A stretch of 62,976 nucleotides of DNA, filler included, from Neolecta irregularis DAH-3 (taxonomy: Eukaryota), in the NCBI GenBank assembly GCA_001929475.1. It is 8 parts of 8 records of this genome, joined end to end, with 100 filler letters (N's around TTAATTAATTAA, not from the genome) between each part and the next. Parts side by side here need not be neighbours in the genome. Positions count along the whole stretch, not along the records: positions 50,679 to 58,352 come from LXFE01000635.1; positions 58,453 to 62,976 come from LXFE01000636.1; 6 more parts are not named here. One strand, 5' to 3'. The notes beneath the pieces are model-generated. The model was given only the letters and a program-made list of their open reading frames with translations, was not told the DNA's origin and did not search any database. This document shows, one piece after another, positions 57,530 through 62,976 of the stretch (position 1 is its first letter; each line of letters starts with the position of its first letter). A program made the position numbers and the translations under genes.

Positions 57530-58352
57530 CAATTAATGTCAATTGACTATTTCCTGCCTTGCCTACCAAAAATCTACTCCATGGCGGCCAGCTTACGCCT
57601 CCAGACACCCGCTCACGACTGGGATCTCCAGCTTCTGCTGCCATTGTACTCCGACGACGCTGCCCTCGGAAATCACCGACAGCCCTGGACAGCCCTCTTG
57701 CACAAGGCAGTCCTCACTGGTTGCCCTGCGCCTGCCGCATCTTCATCGTCATCTTGATCCTTCACCACGACTCACTCTTCGCGCCTGCTTGCCCGCCTCG
57801 CTGCTGTCCTCACGCACGCCTAATCTTCGCTCCCGCTGCACTCTGTCCATCATCGCCCTCGTCTCCTGTCCCTGCGCATCCTCGACCCCCTTGCTGAACT
57901 GCGCGGCAGGGCTAATTGTGAAAGAGCGTTTAGTAAGGCAGGTGATTTGCTTGAGCCTCTTCAATCTAGACTCCAGCCAGATATTATTGCAGCAGCCCAG
58001 CGCCAGCAAAGTTGGGTCAGAATGACTTTGTGAATTAGTAATTTAATGTGTATGTTAATATATCTTTTCTTTTACATTAAGCTTATATTCTCCAATGCTT
58101 ACAATATGGTGACACCCAGTTGCATCAACACTAAAAGTGTGTCTACCCGCTCGGCTGGCAGGCCGCCGGCGGGCAGGTAGGCGGATTAGTAAGCCGCCAT
58201 CATGCCGGAGAAATCTGAACTGTCCACCTGCAGGGCCTCTCTGGCGGACTGGTGGGCGAATGTATTTTTATGACTCCTGCCTTCAGCAAGAGATCCAACC
58301 ACCCACCTGGAGAATGCTCTGGCAGGCTGTTAGGTTGTATGGCGGTTTGGTA
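57530..58352. mobile_element. Degenerate TE remnants, including a family B-like left end at about 58135
   Basis: GC-rich low-complexity block similar to 27040-27290; AAGTGTGTCTACCCGCTCG plus CCGCC/GGCGG motifs. Confidence 0.45.
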
Positions 58353-58823
58353 NNNNNNNNNNNNNNNNNNNNNNNNNNNNNNNNNNNNNNNNNNNNTTAA
58401 TTAATTAANNNNNNNNNNNNNNNNNNNNNNNNNNNNNNNNNNNNNNNNNNNNTTCAGTCACTCAGGCTAGTATAATAAACCTGGTCTTATTCGAACTCGA
58501 GCTTCAACACTTACACATAGGAATGTCCGAAAGAAATCACCATTCACCATTCACCATTACTTTATCAAGCCAAATAGTTGAGATCGCAAAACGACAATTT
58601 CTCTCTCAAGCTTCGGGATCGATTCCATCTCATCACTAGCTTTCTCACCTATTTCATCGTGGCAATTATTATCGCCACTTTATTTGTGAATCGACAGGGT
58701 TTAACACATCTTAGGTCGCGCATTAAGGGAATTCCTGGATTTAATGCACCGAGGATCCCAATTACAACACTGGTACTTACAGTGAGTGTCAAAATAGCTA
58801 ACCGTGAGTAACAAAACCCTTCT

Positions 58824-59789
58824 CTATATATACGTGTCAAACTCCCAACAACGACCACAAAAATGATGGACTAAATCGCCATGTCCTGGCATCAAAGGAC
58901 AGGAATAAGTCTGACACGTATTATAATGCTCATTGCAAACTCGACCGGAACATATGAAGCATTCCTTTGAGGCATTCTTGAATATAAGATCGTGGCATAT
59001 GACGCACTCTGTCTTGACATGAAGGCGACAGTTTCTGCAGTAATACAGATCAATGAGGTGACCTGTTTCTAGTTCAGTAGTACCAAAAGAAGTGAGGCAA
59101 TTCTCGCATTTCGGTATTTTACATCGAAAGCAGGTCTTCTCTGCTGATGTTTCTAGATCGGAACAACTAATTTGTCGAACCAGAGTGCAATCATTACATT
59201 TGTCGGGAACTTTCGGATCGTAAAGAACAATATGGCGGTGCTTTTTGCCTGATCGTGGACATTGCCACCTATCAAATTGAAGCCATGGTGCTACTGAGGC
59301 AAGCTGTTGGTAAACATTCCACGAGACGAGTGATTCAAAGATATTGCACTCTCCGAGTGCGATTTGAAGTACAGAACGACCGTAAAGCTTCCTCATTCTA
59401 TCTGTATGTTGTATCTTTGCAAGTTCGGCTATCCGAACGTCATCGATCAGCGTGCAGTTTTTCAGGCGTAGATCTTTGATATTCCGCAATCGAAATATTC
59501 GCTCAACAGTCCGTCTGCCAATCAAGGTCCCACTCAAATCAATAGTAGAAACGCGTCGTAACTGGGCACCATTTGCTGTCTTCTTAAGGCGTTTAAACCA
59601 TTTATCTGTCATAATATGTCGGCTCTTTGGGGAAAAACTCGCAAAATCCAGTATCGAAGGAGTATAAACGTATTTCGCCCAGTTGTGCAGAAAGCGACAA
59701 GTCGAAGAAAGCGCAATGGCATCTGGAAGGTTCATATAATTGGCTACGCAGTTCCAGGAATCGTATGTTTGGAAATATGTACTACTCAT
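58824..59789 (-). CDS. F-box-like protein with LRR-like middle and Cys-rich (CxxC) C-terminus, intronless
   Basis: WNCVANYMNLPDAIALSSTCRFLH (F-box-like); IDLSGT and LRLKNCTLI LRR-like units; several CxxC pairs. Confidence 0.72.
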   Translation of the reverse strand: MSSTYFQTYDSWNCVANYMNLPDAIALSSTCRFLHNWAKYVYTPSILDFASFSPKSRHIMTDKWFKRLKKTANGAQLRRVSTIDLSGTLIGRRTVERIFRLRNIKDLRLKNCTLIDDVRIAELAKIQHTDRMRKLYGRSVLQIALGECNIFESLVSWNVYQQLASVAPWLQFDRWQCPRSGKKHRHIVLYDPKVPDKCNDCTLVRQISCSDLETSAEKTCFRCKIPKCENCLTSFGTTELETGHLIDLYYCRNCRLHVKTECVICHDLIFKNASKECFICSGRVCNEHYNTCQTYSCPLMPGHGDLVHHFCGRCWEFDTYI

Positions 59790-60365
59790 GACTGCTGACT
59801 GTGGAGATGTCGGGTTCGGGGGGTTGCTTTCCTCTCGGCGTTGGAGATTTATGACATCTATTTTAACGACTTAACCAAGAACTTTGGTCTTTTTGAAATA
59901 TATTTTTGTACTGATCAGTAAGAACTTGAAACCCAGGTTTTTTTAAACCATGCTAGGCAAGATACTTTTGGTAGCTGAGTTAATTGGCCCCTTCATTCGT
60001 TATCACTTGGGACTTGACAACGCCATTCTATAGTCGGAATCTTTGGGGGGGTAAAAGCGCAATATGTGAAATACAAGAAACTTGTCCTTCAATGACAGCA
60101 TTGAAGCTACTGATAAAGCGAATGAGAACTTCAAATGAAAACTGCCTTATTTAAAGCTATACAGTACTTGGTACATCAGAGGAAATCCATATTAAATGTT
60201 ACAGGAAACAAGACTACGCTATATGTCGTATTAATGGGATATCTACCATACGAAAGTGATATTTAGCAGATTGAATATTCATTCATCATTACAACAATCG
60301 TGTCATCCCAAAAGAAAACATACAAGCAAACAAGAAACACCAGAAATCCGTTTTCCATGCCCGCC

Positions 60366-61475
60366 TTACAAATCAAATTGAAACAAATCCTCTGCAGGAC
60401 TTTCAACGCCTATATCAGCCAACGTAAAGTGCTCCTCCGATTCCTCGGCTTTCTTGGAGGGGACTGGAGCCCGCGAGGACGGTCTTGCAAAAGAAGTAGC
60501 TGGACGATTCATCGTGGATACCGGCCGAGTAGTTTTTGGTGGAACGGTTGATTTGGACCGCATTGTAGTTGTTTTTGCTGGAATATCAGCCCGAATCGAA
60601 GAGACTGGTCTTGTAGTGTAATGTGGTCTGACAAGAGTCTTTCCAGAAAGACGAGAGTTTGCGTTTCGAGATGGAGGTTGAGATAAAGCCAATTTGTTAT
60701 TGCGAGCCTTGGCCGCTGCTGTATCGACAGCATATACCGGTTTGCGCGAGATCGATTGTTTTGGGTCCACTTGCGTTTTAATACCTGTCCGTTGAGACTT
60801 CTGTGACTCACGTTGAATCTTCAGTTCTGCTTCCTCTTCAGCATTCATGGGGATTGGGTCCCAGGCAGGTTTATTTTTAATACTTTGTAAAATGATGTCG
60901 AATGTGTCAGGACCGCATTGACCTGACGGACAATGAATCTTGCTCATGCATTTGACGTAATCGTCGTCGAGAGGATAGTAGCCATAAGGAACAAAAGGTA
61001 ATTCTAAGAGTCATCTGCGCGGATAAAAAACCAAAACATACCAACGGCGCGAGGGGGCATATACTCAGGCTCTGGCACATCGTGTAAATGGTTCGCTGCT
61101 GCATCAGGCGACTGGGCGGCATTGTCTTTAAAACGCAATCGCTTTTTTGCGCTCAACGACTTGCGGACAGTGGATGCTGCTGGAAATATAGTGGAACCAG
61201 TTGGCGGTGCAACGGGTCTACGGGCATTGGTGTCTTTTCCTCCCAAGGGAACCCGGCGAGGCGCTATGCGGAATAGTTAGAACAGATTTTTGGCACTAGT
61301 GAGAAAAGGGATGCGGTATACCAGGCGTGACCAAGGCATTTGTGGCCAAAACTGCGTTTTTCGTAGCCAATCCCGCCCTATTCTCATCTCCAAATGGAGT
61401 TTTAGAGCGTTTCGCCGGTGGTTGTGCAGGAGTTCTCAGCGCGAATGCAATTTCATCGTGATGGACTCGCAGCAT
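60366..61475 (-). CDS. cut2: Securin (Cut2/Pds1-like separase inhibitor)
   Basis: D-box RVPLGGKDTN, KEN-like DEN, many TP sites, separase pseudo-substrate EPEYMPP, acidic-aromatic end EDLFQFDL. Confidence 0.7.
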
Positions 61476-61541
61476 GGTTCGTCGGAGGTGAATCAGTGCG
61501 TGGAGATGGAGGTGAGTTTGATTGATTCTAAAGAGGGAATT

Positions 61542-61620
61542 TGTAAACAAAGGCTTGTGGTATACAGCAGCCTAGTTAGGCAATCTGTAAACAAAAGCTG
61601 CGCACTGCAGCCTACTAAGG
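61542..61620. promoter_or_regulatory. Mcm1/MADS-forkhead composite element in a divergent promoter
   Basis: TGTAAACAAA at 61542 and 61586; CArG-like CCTAGTTAGG (61571-61580) 6 nt before GTAAACAA; second CArG-like CCTACTAAGG (61611-61620). Confidence 0.6.
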
Positions 61621-61707
61621 CCCTCTGAAACTTCTCCACCAAAAACAGGGGCAGACGTCAGAAGCCTTACTACAACTCTCATAGTAATTCCATATTCGCA
61701 TTCAACT

Positions 61708-62279
61708 ATGGACAAAGTCAGAGAGGTATCACGATCATTGCAGTTGAGACAACAATAACACGCCAATTTGCAGAAGCTTGCTCTTTTACGCGTCGAATCG
61801 GACGCAGCAAGCGCAAAGCTTGAGGAAGCGCACACCAGAATCAAACAGCTTGAACAGGAATCTCTGCAAAAGGAGCAGGAGATCCAATCCCTAACGCATC
61901 GGAACTCATTGCTAGAAGCTGAGGTAGAAAAATTAGAACAACGAGTGCAGGACTCCAAGCTCGCTGCCGATGACGGGGATGGACAACGGAACGCCGCAGA
62001 GAACCTACAAAGAAAAGTTGCCTTGTTGGAAGAAGAACTGGAACAAAACGACAAGAACTTGAGAGAGACGACAGAAAAGTGTGTCATCCAAGGTCCACGT
62101 CATCTGCTTACCCCAGGCTCCGTCAAGTAGATGTTAAAGCTGAGCACTTTGAACGAAAGGTCGCTACTCTCGAACAAGAGCGTGACCTGCTTGAGAGAAA
62201 GCTGGAGGAGATGACCGATAATCACGCCAAAGCTAAACGCGAGTTAGAAGAAGTCATTGGCCAACTCGACAATCTTTGA
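61708..62279 (+). CDS. cdc8: Tropomyosin
   Basis: MDKVREKLALLRVESD...KEQEIQSLTHRNSLLEAEVEKLE...LEEELEQNDKNLRETTEKLRQVDVKAEHFERKV. Confidence 0.95.
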
Positions 62280-62855
62280 ATTGCGGGTGTTGCCCAACGG
62301 GATTCAAGGAGAGAGAATATATGGTTGTTAATCCCATCGCTGCAGTTTATCTTGTGGTTTTTCTGCTTGGATCACTATCGTAAATTTATTCAACTTGCAT
62401 TTGCGTTGATGACACAATTCTTTCCCTGGCCTATTAATACTGCAACATGAGTTTTAGTCTAGGCTCTACCATTTCTACTATCGCCAGGCTTTCTCTGCAC
62501 ATACTTCAGAATCTGAGACCATGAGATAAGGGAAGACCTGAGATAAAGGGGAGTTGAAACTTGCAGCCGTCCATTTGACAGAAATTACGAAATTATTCCC
62601 ATGGATTAGTCCAAAGATCGATCCCTTTAGGCATGAATTCGGGTTCCTGAATTTTGCTACTGGTCCTTGGAGTATTGAATTATAAAGACCTCCCAAGGGA
62701 ACAAACATTTATGAAAATGAGAAAGACGTTTTGTGCACTTCACAACGTTGCAAGTCTCACCTCACTATAAGAAGCGATTGAAAGACTGCAGTTGGAGATT
62801 TAGAAGAATTGAAACTGAAAACAGAATTTGAGTTCTGGTTCTATAGGCCAGCACC

Positions 62856-62976
62856 TGTCGCAGAAAAACGGTACATGTAGTATTTTCTGCTTATCTGATG
62901 GGCTTTTCTGTTATTATACGCTTCCTTGGTTTACTACAATGACGTGGCTCATACTTGTAAAACTATAAGTAGTCAT
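62856..62976 (+). mobile_element. LTR (family L1), cut by window end
   Basis: TGTCGCA...GGTACA.GTAGTATTTT...CTTGGTTTACTACA.TGAC.TGGCTCATACTTGTAAA matches 6111-6230. Confidence 0.75.

Noticed and set aside
10412-58452. Recurrent TTAATTAATTAA flanked by N runs, as a biological repeat or CRISPR-like array
   Set aside because: Identical 100-nt all-frame-stop linker inserted by the assembly pipeline

Overview
Eukaryotic (fungal, ascomycete-type) genomic DNA from a draft assembly. Seven 100-nt artificial joins (44 N + TTAATTAATTAA + 44 N) break the window, so gene order across them is not guaranteed. The window holds about 20 compact genes, most split by very short (about 32-50 nt) introns: OPT and PTR2 peptide transporters, carboxypeptidase Y, ATP16, a cytochrome P450, a WD40 DCAF with a CaaX end, peroxisomal ANT1, RPL12, alanine aminotransferase, NSP1, a PKA-type kinase, NoxD/Pro41, NoxA, a DUF5102-like protein, cyclophilin-RRM, a GPI-anchored repeat protein, a MAPR heme protein, an F-box/Cys-rich protein, securin and tropomyosin. 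It also holds four tRNA genes, an intact Ty3/Gypsy chromovirus, solo LTRs and several families of CAGTG-ended non-autonomous hAT-like elements. The gene style (fission-yeast-like housekeeping genes plus NoxA/Pro41) suggests a Neolecta-like Taphrinomycotina fungus; this is inference only. Main highlight: the two membrane subunits of the fungal NADPH oxidase (NoxA = gp91phox homolog, NoxD/Pro41 = p22phox homolog) sit head-to-head 513 bp apart, around a spacer built from a 76-bp-period repeat. Other highlights are an Mcm1-forkhead composite element between divergent securin and tropomyosin genes, and a gag-pol junction carrying both a -1 slippery site and an AUGA stop-start overlap. All exon structures were read by eye.
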